This document shows positions 51,530 through 64,000 of a stretch of DNA of 64,000 nucleotides, piece after piece. How positions within the stretch are numbered: position 1 is the first letter of the stretch; each line of letters opens with the position of its first letter. The position numbers and the translations under genes are program-made. The DNA is from Lama guanicoe (taxonomy: Eukaryota), in assembly GCA_013239625.1 (NCBI GenBank), contig MU053994.1:561775-625774 (forward strand), given 5' to 3'. Below the pieces are notes generated by a model that was not told the DNA's origin, did not search any database, and worked only from the letters and a program-made list of their open reading frames with translations.

Positions 51530-51675
51530 ACTACACATGTCAGGCACGTTCTAGGCATTTCACATATACTCAGTTCTCACAACAACCCTATGAGGTGGGC
51601 ATTATTATCTCCATTTCATAGATGAGGAAATTGTGGCACCAAAAGATCAAGGAACTCGCCAAGGTCACACAGCAA
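51530..51675 (-). mobile_element. MIR (other MIR/L2 remnants near 680-895, 4400-4630, 5395-5570, 49240-49400, 53600-53740, 54440-54730, 56160-56290)
   Basis: ctcacaacaaccctatgaggtgggcattattatctccatttcatagatgaggaaatt MIR core. Confidence 0.8.
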
Positions 51676-53891
51676 GGGTGACTCCCACGTCTTTCTTCTC
51701 GGCTGACAGGAACGTCTATAGGTACAACATGAGCAAATCCTAGGTTGTGTTTGTTTTTCAACAGATAGATACTTTCCCTTCTCTCTACACTTCTTAGGAG
51801 TGATGAGAATATTGGTTAATAAGGGGCATGTGACATTATCATTGTCACCATCGAGGAGAACCTTCCACTCAGGTGGACAAAGTAGTTGTTTAGAAGTATG
51901 AAGTGAGGGGTGTTAGGAAAGTGCCAGAAATCCCACCATTAGAGACATGTCACTTTGGTCCTTAGATGCTTTAAGGTCCTCAGGAAGCACAAGTTAAATG
52001 CAGATGAACCTGAGAGGGATCATACTTCAAATATGAGTCGCTGCTAACCTCTTGGGGACTCTCATCTGTGACACGCAAATAACAGTCATAAGGAGTAACT
52101 GAGGGAACTCACCGGAAGCCCTGGTCTCAGCTTGACACTAGAACCTTCCCTCCTAAAAGGCGACTATATAACAGGAGCTTGCAAAAGACATGGGGGAAGG
52201 GGTCACAAGAGAAATGCCGGAGAAGCAAGGAGGCCAAGCGACTGCTGAGAAGGGGACAAGACGGCCTCGTCTGAACTCCTCGTTCTGCGGGAGGGCGCTC
52301 CCCACAGCATCCTGCTCCAGCCTTCGGGCTGCGGAACTCGGGCAGCGGACAGCTGCTCTGAACAGAGGGCCAGGGGCTGCTGTGATGCTCTTTACAAATG
52401 TCACCCTTCTACCCATAACACACTGGTTACCCACAAAAATGCCAAGGGGAATAGCCCTGCCAGATAAATAGAATCATCTAGTGACCTGATTATTTTGTGT
52501 TTATTACACCGGATTTCAATAGCAGTCACTGTTGTGAAAATCTAAGAACCTATTATGGGCTAGGGGCTGGGCCCGGGCATTGTGCTGGGTCCCAAAAGAT
52601 TCAGAGATTTAAAACCCAACCCCTGATTATATCAACGGTGACTTATTTTTTTTAATCCCAGTTGCCTAAAGTTTCTCCTTAGGGGTTTGTGATGTGTGTA
52701 TACGACAGCAAATAAATCATTTTCTTAATACTTAAACTTTAACCTTGAGGAGTTACAAGGGGGCACATAACTAAGATTCTCTAAGTTAGACGGTGCACTG
52801 GGAAAACATTATCAGGCTGTAGGAACAAAATGTCCTGCTAGGGGTGAGAGACTCAGCCTCTTCCTCGTAAATGTTCTATTATCACTCATAATTGCTTAAA
52901 AATGTTTTTTCTTGCCCAGCTGGGGCTGAGAGGATTCTAGAAAGTCTCTCCCTGCTGTATAGCTCATCTGGGGGTAAGTCAGAGGTATTCTCTGTCCAGA
53001 GCTGGAAACTCGGTGGGGAGGTCTAACAAGACCATGAACTTTATGGATGTGAACGTGCTGACATGAAGCAGTGGCCTTCAGGGAACACGAAGTCCGATCA
53101 GATAGTTGCAGGGGCGCAGGACCAGACGCTAGATTAGAACAACATGTAGCTGGACTTCACCAAAGGGAACCACCCATTTTTAAAAGCATCTGGGAAAGAT
53201 TTCAAACTATTAATGCAGTTGGTCCTGGAGAGTGGGGGGTGAGGCGGGGGGGGAGAAGGCAGGAGGCACCTCTTTTTTTATTTTTAAGTGGTGTCTTTAA
53301 GGGTTCAATGTGGTCACACATTTAAAAAGTTAATTAAAGATCAAAAGTTTTGAAAGAAGCAGTTGCCAAAAAACAAGGGATGGAAAAGTTTTGCACTAAA
53401 CCATACTCATAGAGCACCAGGCAGGGCAGCACTGGGCTCCAACCTGGGAGACGCAGAGGCTTTCCAGGGCGGCCTCGGGCAGGCCCCTGGCAGGCAGTGG
53501 AGGTGAGTCTATCCCTGAATGAACCAGTTGGCTTCCTTTTCCTTCTTCTGTCCCTCCTCTTCTCTTTCTCCCACCACCCCTTCTCCCTTCCTTTTTTTCT
53601 TTCAACAAATATTTACTGAGAACCACCTACGTGCTAGGCATGATGCTGGGCATTAGGGATACGGCCGTGAACATATTGCAGCGGAGACAGGCCATACACA
53701 AACACATAAGTAAAATATACACTATTTCAGATGGTGAAGAAAAATAAAGAAAGGAATGAGGAATGGCTGAAAGAGGGCTGTGCCGAGCCTAAAAGCATAA
53801 ATAGACCAGCCTAGATACACGTCCTCACTCTGGGTAGTGAACGTCTCACATAAAAGAGGAGGCATCATTCAAGCTGCCAAGTTGCACTTAC

Positions 53892-54018
53892 TCAGTGAGA
53901 ATGCCATCAGCTGTGTCTCTTCCCTCGGGGGTCTCCCAGGACACCCGGACAGTCAATTTATTGGGTTCAGCAATGCGTTCCTTCACACTTGGGCACTTGA
54001 TTCTAGGAGGTTCCATAT
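53892..54018 (-). CDS. SRPX: SRPX coding exon 5 (HYR domain, first part)
   Basis: 127 bp; DMEPPRIKCPSVKERIAEPNKLTVRVSWETPEGRDTADGILT(D); acceptor attttcag, donor gtaagt; phase fits neighbours. Confidence 0.97.
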
Positions 54019-57000
54019 CTGAAAATATAACCAGGACATTCTCACCATCATCAAGAAATATCTTGTCAACTTGGGGTCCAACACCCAGCATTTGGCATGC
54101 CCAAAGCTCTCGATGCTCCCCATTTCTGAAGGGCTCCTTCCCCGCTCTGTATTTCTCTTCCCTCGCTTCATCTTGCCTGTTGAGTTTTAAAGACTGAGTA
54201 CTCACCCGCACGCCACTAAACCTGCCATCAGCTGGCCCTGCTAAGTGTCTTGTCAGGTAATTTATTAGCTACGGCAACTTCCTCCCCATGCTTCAAAACT
54301 CTGCCTGCTGACTTGGCAACATGGCAGTTACCCAGCTAGAAGTCATTCAGCCACAGTGAGTCCCTCCTGCTTTAAAGACAGCATCACAGACTACTAGGGA
54401 AAGGTGCCTTAGGTATCATCTAGTTTGAGTAAATTCAAGGCAACAAATCTTTAGTGAGTACCTGCCTTCCCCAAGGCATCATCCCAGCTGCTGGGTTTGG
54501 GGATGCACAAAGGCAAGAGAATCCCGTGCTTCTCAAAGGGTTTACAGTCTATTAGGGGCATTAGGTTGCCACACATGAAATATGATATGAGGTGGGAAAT
54601 GGCACTGTTCCAGGTGAGGTAAAAGTAAGTGCTATGGAGGCTTAATGGAGTGACGCGATGCTCTCATTTACCGGATCTGGAAACTAAGGCTCAGAGAGCA
54701 TAAGTGATTTATTTAAGGCCAGGCATATAAATAATGATAATGTAAATTATAACCCAAATTAGAGCACTTTGCCCTGGAACAAGCTCTCTCTCTTCTGGCT
54801 ATGTCTGTTTCCAACATACTCCTCAATATCTGGAAACAAACAATGACCTGAGTCCATGCTCCCCTCCAGCCACCACTGGACCACATCTATGGTTTTCGTG
54901 TTTGGGGACAGCAGTTTTACCTTGGCTCTGGCCATCCAAAAGCCTCCAAAATTTCCCCAGATAATTTCTCTACCTGGTAACAGAATGTCTGTCCCCTCAC
55001 TATCAAGGATGGGTTGATAATAAGGGTGAGAAGTAAGTGAGATGTCAGTTTCTTACTGGGTAAACTTCACCTTATCATAGCTAAAGTGAAATCACAAGGG
55101 GGAATTCAAACTTGGGCAAATTCTACTTGATGATTCTGAACAGGTAGAGAATGCATTTAAAGCAGACACAGTAAATGAACAACATTTAGATTTGCACTGC
55201 TTTATATATCAACTGGTAACTACTTAAATGCTACCACAACCTGAATGAAAATGAAATGACATTAGACTCTGAATCACAAACATCTTTGAGAGATGAAATG
55301 CGTCAAGTAAAGTCTTCATATACTTTGTCCTCCATCTTGTCTAACAATTTCTCATTGTATTTAGGGTAAGAAATTATGAACAATTTGTTAAACAATTTCA
55401 TCCTCAGCTATCCAAATTCATTTTCATTCTACGTCATGCTTCAATGGAGTGTAAATTTACAGCCCTAATACACTAATCCTGAATTGAATAACTACCGTAT
55501 TTCATCACTATCAATTGTGAGGAGCACCCTAATTTCTGGGATATTAAAATGTGAAAAAATAGGCTTCTTGGAACTGATAAAGTTTCTAAATGCTATGGTG
55601 AAGTGGAAGCTGCTTTAAATGTATTAGAGGTGTCTATTTTCAGTTGCTAAGCTTTTTAAAATAATCCTTTTCTTATTTTACTATGATAGGTGATAGAAGA
55701 CATACTTTTATCATTCAGATGAACATTTCACAGCTTGGGGTGAATCAGAAAGACAAGTATACAGTACCTGCCCTCTGCTGGCAGTCTCATAATTGGAAAG
55801 CATTTTTTAAAAAATTTAAATCAAAAAGAGAGCGGCCAAGGAGAGGAGCTAGATTTCAATGTAGAATTACTTTGTGTTACCGTATTTTCTTGGAGCGACA
55901 CTGTCAGAGTGAAGACACTGTCAGGCTCTGTGTCATGTAAACTAAACATCTGGATGATATGCTGGGTTTTTTTTTCATATAAACTGGGCATACTGACACT
56001 GTGACCAAACATCGCTCCAAATGAAGTTATCTGGGTGAAGAGTCTCAGAGCTTCCCAAAGCCAGCTTATGACAGCTAACAATGATCAGTCGAAACTGTCC
56101 TAATTTTTCAAAAGCACTGCTCTTCCAAATCAGAAACTAGAAGAAAGAAATCACTAAAAATAATAGCTAATATTTACTGAACCCTCCTACATGCCCACCC
56201 CATGCTAGATACCATCCCTGCATTATTTCATTGACTTCTCCCCACCACCCACTAGACTAAGCATTGTTATTCTCATCCTCATTTCTAGACTGGGAAATAT
56301 TTCCTCTCTTTTGGAATTTCTCTGTGGTCTGGAATTTTAAGACATGATCACATATTTTTAAAATTATTTTAATAAGCTGAACCCTTCCGTGTGTCTGCCT
56401 GCTGCTGACCTAGTGTTTTCCTCCATCCTCCGCACATACGCTCTTTCGTGGTCGCCTGCTCTAGCTTCCCCGTAAGTCATCAAAGAGCGGCAGCAGGACT
56501 CAGTTCTGTTGCATCCTCAAGCATCATACCCTGTCTTTCAGCTGATGAGACCAGCTGGCCGGCCCTTCGGCAGATGCTCCAGAAACCTAAGCCTATTATT
56601 ACACAGCCGTGGCCATCATTGCTTTTTAGAAGTTATAAATTTCCATGAATGAAATAAACAAAGTTACTATAGAAACATAATCACGTTTCCCTGTTGAGTC
56701 AGGATGCCTACAGGGCCAGTTATTGTGTGGAAACCCTGCAACTCTCCTGAAAATCCTGGCCTCTGCCCCACTCATTGGAGCCATTTGACAAACTGTGTCC
56801 CTCCTCTGTGCTCTAGTTCCCTCTCTGCGTATAAAATGTCAGAAACCAATATATCGCGCTGTATCAACTACTGTTTATCTGAGAAGCTAAACTATATACT
56901 TGGGGAATATTTAACACGTCTAACCAAGTAGAGGGTAGAAATAAGAAAGAGATCCAAAAGGACAATGTTCTGGCCAACAGATTAAGAAGGGAAAAAAACC

Positions 57001-57320
57001 CAAAAACCTTTAAACTCAGGCTATAAATTAACTGCATCCTAAAATGTTTGCTTTAAATAACGTTTTCCAGGTTCCAGGAGACCTGTGTTTGAAGATGACC
57101 ACTAGAGGTATGATGAAAAGGTGTTTCAGAACATGACAGTGACGTGTGGCTGAGACTGCCTGACCTGGTGGGGGGTTTCTTCTCTTTCTCCAACTCATTC
57201 TAGGGCAAGATGACATTCTTATCTTCAGTAAAGGACCGTCACAGCTGCTCACAGCAAACAGATCCATTCAATACCCCTTTCCTCTCTGATGTCCTCCACA
57301 ACCCATTCAAACTGGCTTTT

Positions 57321-57465
57321 AAAAAACATTTTAATTAATTACTTTAGGGCTTGGGGGGGTAATTAGGTTTATTTATTTAGTTTTTTTGTTAAATGGAGGC
57401 ACTGAGGATTGAACCCAATGCATGCTAAGCATGCACTCTACCACTAAGCTATACCCTCCCCTGCT
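57321..57465 (-). mobile_element. tRNA-Ala-derived SINE (Vic-1-like)
   Basis: Reverse complement GGGGAGGGTATAGCTTAGTGGTAGAGTGCATGCTTAGCATGC; TSD aaactggctttt at 57309-57320 and 57466-57477. Confidence 0.9.
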
Positions 57466-57549
57466 AAACTGGCTTTTTAACTGCTGTTTCTCTCCCTTCT
57501 TTTAGCCTTTGACCTTTCACACCAACTCCCTCTCAATCTGTATAGTCTA

Positions 57550-58330
57550 TGTGGCAGAGACCAGTGGTTGTTCACCCACTCTCTGATTCCCCTTACTTTT
57601 AGTGCAGAAGTTTCCCTGGGTCTGTGGCCTTTCAGAAAGAATACTGTATTTCCTGGCCTCCTCTGAAGTTAGATGTGGCCTTGTGAAGTTAGGTGGGTCC
57701 CACCAATGGGTTGTGAGAAAAAGTAATGTGTGCAACTTCTGGGTTGTGCTTTTAAAAAAAAGGTGTGTATATGGGGAGGGGGCCTCCACTTTTTCTTTCT
57801 CCTCCACTCCACTTTAAAAACATTTTTTATTATTATTTATTCATTTATTTTTGGGTGGTAATTAGGTTCATTTAACTTATTTATTTTTAGAGGGGGTACT
57901 GGGGATCGAACCCAGGATCTTGTGCATGTGCTCTACCACTTGAGCTATATCCTGCCCCCACCTCCTCCACTCCACTTTGAATGTGGATGAGCTGGAAAGC
58001 TGGAACTGCCATCTAAGGAAGTCCAATTATCTGACTGGAGAGGCCACGTGGAGAAAATGAGAAATGATGTAGGGAGACAGAGAGAGAAAGAGACTCAACG
58101 CCAGCCAGTAGAGCCACCTCGGAGTGAGATGCCAGACATGGGAGTGATGCCCTCTTGCATCCTCCAGCCCCACAGTCAGACACCTCAGCCATTACTATGT
58201 GGAACAGAGATGAGCTGTCCCCACCCAGCCCTGCCCAAATTCCTAAGCCAAACAACATGAGCAATAACGTGGTAGTTTGAATGAACTAAGTTTTGGGTAG
58301 TCTGTTGTACAGCAATAGGTTACTGATACA
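57550..58330 (+). mobile_element. MLT1-type MaLR LTR interrupted by a SINE
   Basis: tgtggcaga start; ggagaggccacgtggag; ends actaagttttggg...cagcaataggttactgataca. Confidence 0.8.
57816..57961 (-). mobile_element. tRNA-Ala-derived SINE (Vic-1-like)
   Basis: 17-bp TSD ctcctccactccacttt at 57799-57815 and 57962-57978; tRNA-like head on the minus strand. Confidence 0.9.
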
Positions 58331-59132
58331 AACATAAAACAGTTTGAAGCTGGGGATGGAGGAAGGAAGCGGTCGTTTCACGAGGCGTAGGAAGACAGGG
58401 AGCGCCAAGGCAGTACAACCCCGGACACTGAAACCTTGCCCGCTTGCTTGCTTCCCCCAGCTGGAGTGTAATCCTTGTAAATGTCTCTGGAAAGTGGTTC
58501 CATTTCTGCGGCATCATGTAAGATATTAGCAAAGTCTCCCCAGTGGCCAAGGGTCAAGAAGACAAGCAATGAACTCCACAATCAGAAGTCACTGTCTTCA
58601 CCAGAAAGATGCCAAACTAAAAATTCATTGGTGATATGTTTATATTAGAGAGGGCCACTAAGAGTCGACCTGTTCAGTTTACACTAGCAAATCCTGCCAG
58701 GTAAAAAGTGGCGCAGTATCCCAATCAAATCATTCCAAAGCTGGAGCTAGTTTCCTAAAAGCTTGCAAAAGAATGTGTATTTGTCAACCCAGGAAAAAAT
58801 TAGGATGATTTAAGAGCATACAGCAATGCACTGATAAATTTACTCTTAGCCCCACGATGTTTCTATCTTCAACTGAATCTCTGGAAATAATGCTATTCAT
58901 GCCCAGCAAACTTCCTTATGGGTCACTGGGTAAACCCAGCTGGCAGATAGCTGGGAAGCCAGAAAAGTATTCCATCCATTTGCATATCTGAAATCTCAGA
59001 GAGTATTTTTTATTCCAGAATTTCATTCACGTTAACTCTCCAGCTATTCTATTCTGTAGGAACTATAAGAACAAGCCGAGAGCAATTCTAAAAACCATGT
59101 TGGTTTGTACATTGTTCTTTGTTAAAACAACT

Positions 59133-59240
59133 GGAGGGGAGGGCATAGCTCAGTGGTAGAGCACATGCTTAGCATGCACGAGGTCCTGGGTTCAATCCCC
59201 AGTACCTCCATTAAAAAAATAAATAAAAATAATTAAATAT
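59133..59240 (+). mobile_element. tRNA-Ala(AGC)-derived SINE with intact A and B boxes
   Basis: GAGGGCATAGCTCAGTGGTAGAGCACATGCTTAGCATGCACGAGGTCCTGGGTTCAATCCCCAGTACCTCCA followed by A-rich tail. Confidence 0.9.
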
Positions 59241-60749
59241 TTTTAAAAAACCCAACTAAATGGGGCTCTCTGCATGTCCAAAGATACTTACTGGGTTTTC
59301 ATTGTCCATGGGTTTTGAACTTTCTTGAATTTCTTTCTCTTCCCCTTTTGGCCCAGGAAAGAGTGTTGGTCTACAGGAGAGATCATGTGTCTACTCAAAA
59401 TCTGGTCTCTAGATGAGGACTCGTAATTCTAACTGTCCATTGTTCTATCTAAATGCTGATGTAACCAAAAAGAACTAAAAATGGAAAGAAAGAAAAAATA
59501 TCTCCCCGGCCCAAACAATAGTTGTTCCAGTCTAAGGTTTCTTTTTTTCTATATCAATGGAAGTTGTGGCTCTCGAAATACTTTACCCTCTTGCAATTTG
59601 CAGTATGTTTTAAGTCCTGCACTGACATTTCTGTGTCTGTTCCTGAAATAGTCATGGATTTGACTCCACTGCCAGAGTGTGGTCGGCAGAAGAGAATTAA
59701 TTTTAACTCATGGTACTTTCAAATTAGCCAGACCACAGAACTGACCATCTCAGAGTCAAAAGTAAGCCCAGTGTTCTCTCTTCCCTCCAGATCTGGAGCA
59801 GAACTGGGACAATCTGCTCAGCACTGCACACAGCTCATGCCAAGAGGCGCCGTTCAAGTTGTGTGGACATCTGGGAACTGCTCGGCCCCCATGTGTCAGC
59901 TCCAAAACTAGGCTGAGGCTCTGAGCTATGCTCAGGGACCCCCTCGCCCTGCCAACACACAAACAAAGTCATTAAACTAATTTAAATCCATTTAATGCCA
60001 AAAGAGTCGGTGACATCTCTGGAGGAAAATTCACTGGGGACAAACTCTAGCTTATCTGTCACAAAATCAAAGAAAGAATCGCCTGCTTGCTTTGTCCGTT
60101 TCTCTCTCTTTCCTGGGAGCTCAATGCTCTCCCATGGCGCAAGGGTCCCCTTTTCACCACTTCCCCTTCACTGCGCAAATACCCCTTCCCCCCAGATATG
60201 CCTGAACCTTGCCCTGGCCCAATCTAAGATAAATCCCCTGAAATGGGGGTTCATTCCTTAGTCCTTTCTCTCTCCCTCTGGGAAGGTTCCAGGCCCATCT
60301 GGTCCAGCTTAAGATATGCTTGTTGCTTTTTGAGAACAATCAGCAATTTCTTTCCATTGTTGTGCACCATCTGGACATCTGAACAGTGGGATCCCTAGAG
60401 GACCTTCTGCCAATGCTCACTTCGCAGGAGGATTTGTGAGCTCTCCTCTCCTCCCGTCACCGCTGCCCCTTCCACTGTGAGGGAAGAGAGGCTCAGAAAT
60501 GGGGGGGGAGAGGGTTTGTTTCGAAGAGCTAGCTTGCACCTACCAAGTCACAGGGGAGACAGTAAAAGCAAGATCTGTGAGGAGCGACTGTGACCTGAAC
60601 ATCTGGCCTCAGGTCATAGCCTTCAAAAGGAGCATGTCGGGAGTTCACAGCCTCAGAGCTACCCTACCTGCTCGGGCTGGGCTGGGCGGACTTCTCCTGA
60701 CTGAGAAGTACAGTGACTCAGCGGGAGACGTCCAAAACCTCAGAAAAAG

Positions 60750-61238
60750 GTCGCTGTGCCAAATATTCTGTTGGCGCTAAGTTTTCCTATAATAATCTCC
60801 TCTTTACCGCCTGGATGGAAAGTCTCAAGATTATATTTCTCAGACTCCTGCTGCCAGCTGGGTGCCGGATAGGTTTACCAAGGGGAGGCACTCCCATGAG
60901 AACAGAAGGCCGGGAGAAGGTGGAAGCCATTATGCTGCTGGTAGGAGCATCAGTGAGGGGGTCCTGGGCTCCTGACTTCATTCTCATCAGTAATGGTGTC
61001 AGTTACAGAAATGTCAGCATCGAGGGTGGCCTTACGGACTTTGGGTAGCACTGCCAGCCCACTTCTGCTCCCCCAGCCCTTGGTTGGTATGGCTTTCTGC
61101 TGTAACCGATCTCTGGTAACAGTGGTGTTCCTCTTTCGCTCCTCCAGCTCTTCCTAGATTTTTGTCACCAGTGCCCTGTATTAAATTCTCCTCTGTTTGA
61201 AATACCTAGAATGGTTTCTGTTTTCCCAATTACTGATC
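60750..61238 (+). mobile_element. LTR41/LTR33-type ERVL solo LTR
   Basis: ccaaggggaggcact...agaagg; ends gtattaaattctcctctgtttgaaatacctagaatggtttctgttttcc. Confidence 0.65.
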
Positions 61239-61804
61239 AATTCAAATTCCTACCTAAATCCTAGAAAAAGAGAAGCCTGGAATAAATGAGTCGGTTATCT
61301 GAGTAGTTATTTGGACCTGGTGTCAAATGGATACAAGGTGCGGTCCAGGCTGTGACTGATATAGAAGGGTTTTGCTCACATCTTGGTCCAGGGCCCCTTG
61401 GCTGAAGCTCATTAACCACAGAACTGCAGAGGATGGCTGATGCTGCCAAGGGAGACAGTGGACAGTGGTACCATCACGAAGACACCAAGGCCAGAGGAGT
61501 TGTTGCACATCTGCCCCCAGAGGGTACCATCCAGTTTCAGTCGCGTTCCTGAAGTATCTGCCCCAGGCACCGAGCAGTCAGGAAGCAGTCCTCGGGGTAA
61601 AGCACTTTAGCAGACTGAGCTGAACAATTTCCTGGAGGATGGGCAGACCCCAACAGGCTAAGAGCCAGGCTCCTGTGGCTGGCGGCCTTGGTACCTCAGT
61701 GCCAGAGCTGTCTCTGGATTCAGGAACTGTGAGCCTGAGAGCCTGGAGACATAGGCATAGCTCTATGCAATGTCAAGAAAGTCTCTCAGGCCTCATCTGT
61801 AGAT

Positions 61805-62590
61805 GGGAGATTGATCCCAGGACCTCGTGCATACTAAACACACACTCTACCACTGAGCTATGCCCTCCCCCAACCTGGGAAGCTTATTTATAACCCCACT
61901 TGCCTCTTCCAGCTGTCCCCCGTCAGGCTGACTGAATCAGAATCCCTAGGGTAGGACCAAGCTATAGCAAGGTTCTAAAAGATATTCAAGTGATTCTAGT
62001 AAGTATCCAGGGTGGGGATCTATTGCCCCTACCCGGGTGATTCTCAGTGGGGAAGTGATTTTTCTCCTTTCCCTCCTCCTTCCTCCAGGGGTCATGTGAG
62101 AATGTCTGAAGACATTTTTGGTTGTCGTAAGTGGGAGCTGGGGGAAGGTGTTACTGGCATCTAATGGGTAAAAGCCAAGGCTCTGCTGAGCCTCCTATAG
62201 AACAAAGGACAGGACCCCACAACAAATAATTCTCTGGCCCCAAATGTCCATTGTGCCAAGTTTCAGAAACCCTGCCCCAGAGCGTGGTCCAGCAGCATCC
62301 CAGCCTCCAACCCAGATCGGCTGAATCAGAATCCACATTTTCCCCCAGGTTCCCAGGTGATTCCCTGGCACCGTTCAAAGTTGGAGGAGCACAGCCTTAG
62401 ACCCGCGGCTCTCTTTAAGCACTGCAGAATCGCCAGGGGGGCTCATCAAAGCAGGAAAGGGGCCCCATCCTCACAGTTTCTGATTCAGCAGGTCTGGGGT
62501 GGGGCCAAGATTTCTGCCTTTCTAAAGAGCTCCAGTGTTGCTGTTGCCTCTCCCTGGACCACACCTGGACCACACCTAAGATCCATCGCT
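61805..62590. mobile_element. Cluster: truncated SINE (61805-61871, minus), MER5-like, MER20 (~62033-62275) and two more MER5-like MITEs
   Basis: Repeated actgaatcagaatc / gattcagcaggtctggggtgggg MER5 motifs; gaagacatttttggttgtc MER20 motif. Confidence 0.75.
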
Positions 62591-63046
62591 CAACACACCC
62601 AGAGCAAGATAAAACAGCCAAATCCTTTCCAGTGTAGCAAACTGAGCGCTTGCTAACTACCAGGGTCAACAGCAGAGGAACGACGTCTGTGTGCTGAGAC
62701 ACGCAGATGCTCTCTGCCCGACTGGCCAACAAACGTCACCACCTCTGCTCAATGCTACAAGGCAGATCCCTGAACTAAAGCAGTGGGATTGCCCGGTAGC
62801 TCCGCCAGCCTCCAGCTGCCTCAATTGCAAGCCAAGAAGGAGACAAAGTCAAATGAAAGCCATCAGCTGTGATGAGGCGAGGTCTGTGCTGAGCCAGAGA
62901 GGTAGGGATGAAGAGAGCCACAGAAAGCCTAACTGGGTGCCTGCGCTTTACGCACAAGATATTGATGCTTCCTTAAAAATCCACTGTACAGAAACCCCCT
63001 GCTCCTCCCAAGTATGTGCCTCCTGAGAGTGGCGACATTTTCTTAC

Positions 63047-63223
63047 CCACACAGGAGGCTGGTCGGCCGCTCCAGGCCTTGTTGTCCATGCACGTGACTG
63101 TCCGCTCCCCTTTCAATGTGTATCCTGGTGAGCAATAGTACTCACACCGGGAGTTAAAGTAGGCACCATCGACACACTTAAACCCTCCATTTGCTGGCAT
63201 GGCAAGGGTAGGACATCGTTTTT
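63047..63223 (-). CDS. SRPX: SRPX coding exon 4 (second sushi/CCP domain)
   Basis: 177 bp; translates to (Q)KRCPTLAMPANGGFKCVDGAYFNSRCEYYCSPGYTLKGERTVTCMDNKAWSGRPASCV, matching SRPX; acceptor ttttcag, donor gtaaga; phase 1-1. Confidence 0.97.
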
Positions 63224-64000
63224 CTGAAAAAGAGACAACCAGAGAGTCAGCATTTCTTAGTTTTTGTCCACGGAGTTTCAGAGTCCAGAAACTCTGAAAG
63301 CATAGGGTGAAAAATGAATTGAAATACAATGGATAGAATTAGAGAAACGATGGATGGTTGCATGTCACACAGAAGGGACACAAAGGTTCACATCAGACTA
63401 GCTCAGGTTGCCTTCCCAGCTAAACCACTGCCTTCAGCTGGGTTTCTCAGAAACAGACGCTGAGACCAGGATTTGTGTGCAGGTGGTTTAGTAAGGAAGT
63501 GCTCCCAGTGGGGCCCAGTGAGGGGTGGGGGAGGCAGGACAGGGGAGGGGACGAAGCCGGATTAGGGGGCATCTCTGGCGAAGCGAGCCTCAACCTGATC
63601 CAACAGGGGAGCTCTGGGGAGTGCAAGTCATTAAGAGCAAAGCGCTCAGGAGCTGGGGGATGGACACGCAGAACTGGTAGAAGGGCGTTCAGGGATATCT
63701 GGGGGAAGCGCTGAAAATGTCCACTGCAGTCGTCACACGGCTGCAGCTCCAAGCCTCCGCTTCCCCAACTATAAACTAATGGCGCCCGCATCAATAGCGC
63801 TGTTGCAAAACTTGCATGTATGTATGCAATATAATGTATCTGTGCAGTCAAACTGTAATAATTCTACCTAATGAAATTGAAAACAGAAAAAAAAAAACCA
63901 AAAACAGAACAAAAAACTTGCACGCATGTGAAATGCGTGGCGCACAGCAGGTGCTCCGTCACCACAGCTGTTTTGAATCGCGCTGGCATCTAAAATGCGC

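Noticed and set aside
59139..59210. Apparent tRNA-Ala(AGC) gene
   Set aside because: Acceptor stem has two mismatches (GAGGGCA/TACCTCC), it is followed by an A-rich tail rather than an immediate T-run terminator, and five related copies occur in the window: a SINE.
63425..63740. Possible ERVL LTR (LTR40-like) and overlapping 134-aa ORF
   Set aside because: Likely an old LTR, but family and boundaries cannot be supported; the ORF has no coding signature.
1..64000. CRISPR array, operon or other prokaryotic/viral system
   Set aside because: No regularly spaced direct repeats or gene-dense ORFs; the sequence is spliced mammalian DNA dominated by retroelements.

Overview
Mammalian genomic DNA. 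tRNA-Ala-derived Vic-1-type SINEs suggest a camelid; the SRPX content implies chromosome X. The minus strand carries the last seven coding exons of SRPX (exons 4-10 by human numbering, 63223 down to the stop at 25486), all with GT-AG boundaries and matching phases, followed by the 3' UTR and an AATAAA signal. The first ~2.2 kb may be the tail of the convergent SYTL5 3' UTR (synteny inference only). The rest is interspersed repeats: nested LINE-1s (two ~7.5-8 kb L1 blocks in SRPX introns 8 and 9), a decayed ERVL provirus with two LTR33-like LTRs, MaLR LTRs, Charlie1a-like and MER5/MER20/MER58/Tigger DNA transposon fossils, SINEs and a tailless 5S rRNA retrocopy. I see no prokaryotic, CRISPR or convincingly novel protein-coding system. 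The most unusual object is a TSD-flanked composite retroelement at 30409-33907 (L1 5'UTR + ORF1, inverted ORF2 scraps, an old L1MC-type 3' end) that resembles a half-L1 (HAL1-like) chimera. Repeat subfamily names come from remembered consensus sequences and need Dfam/RepeatMasker confirmation; repeat boundaries without TSDs are approximate.
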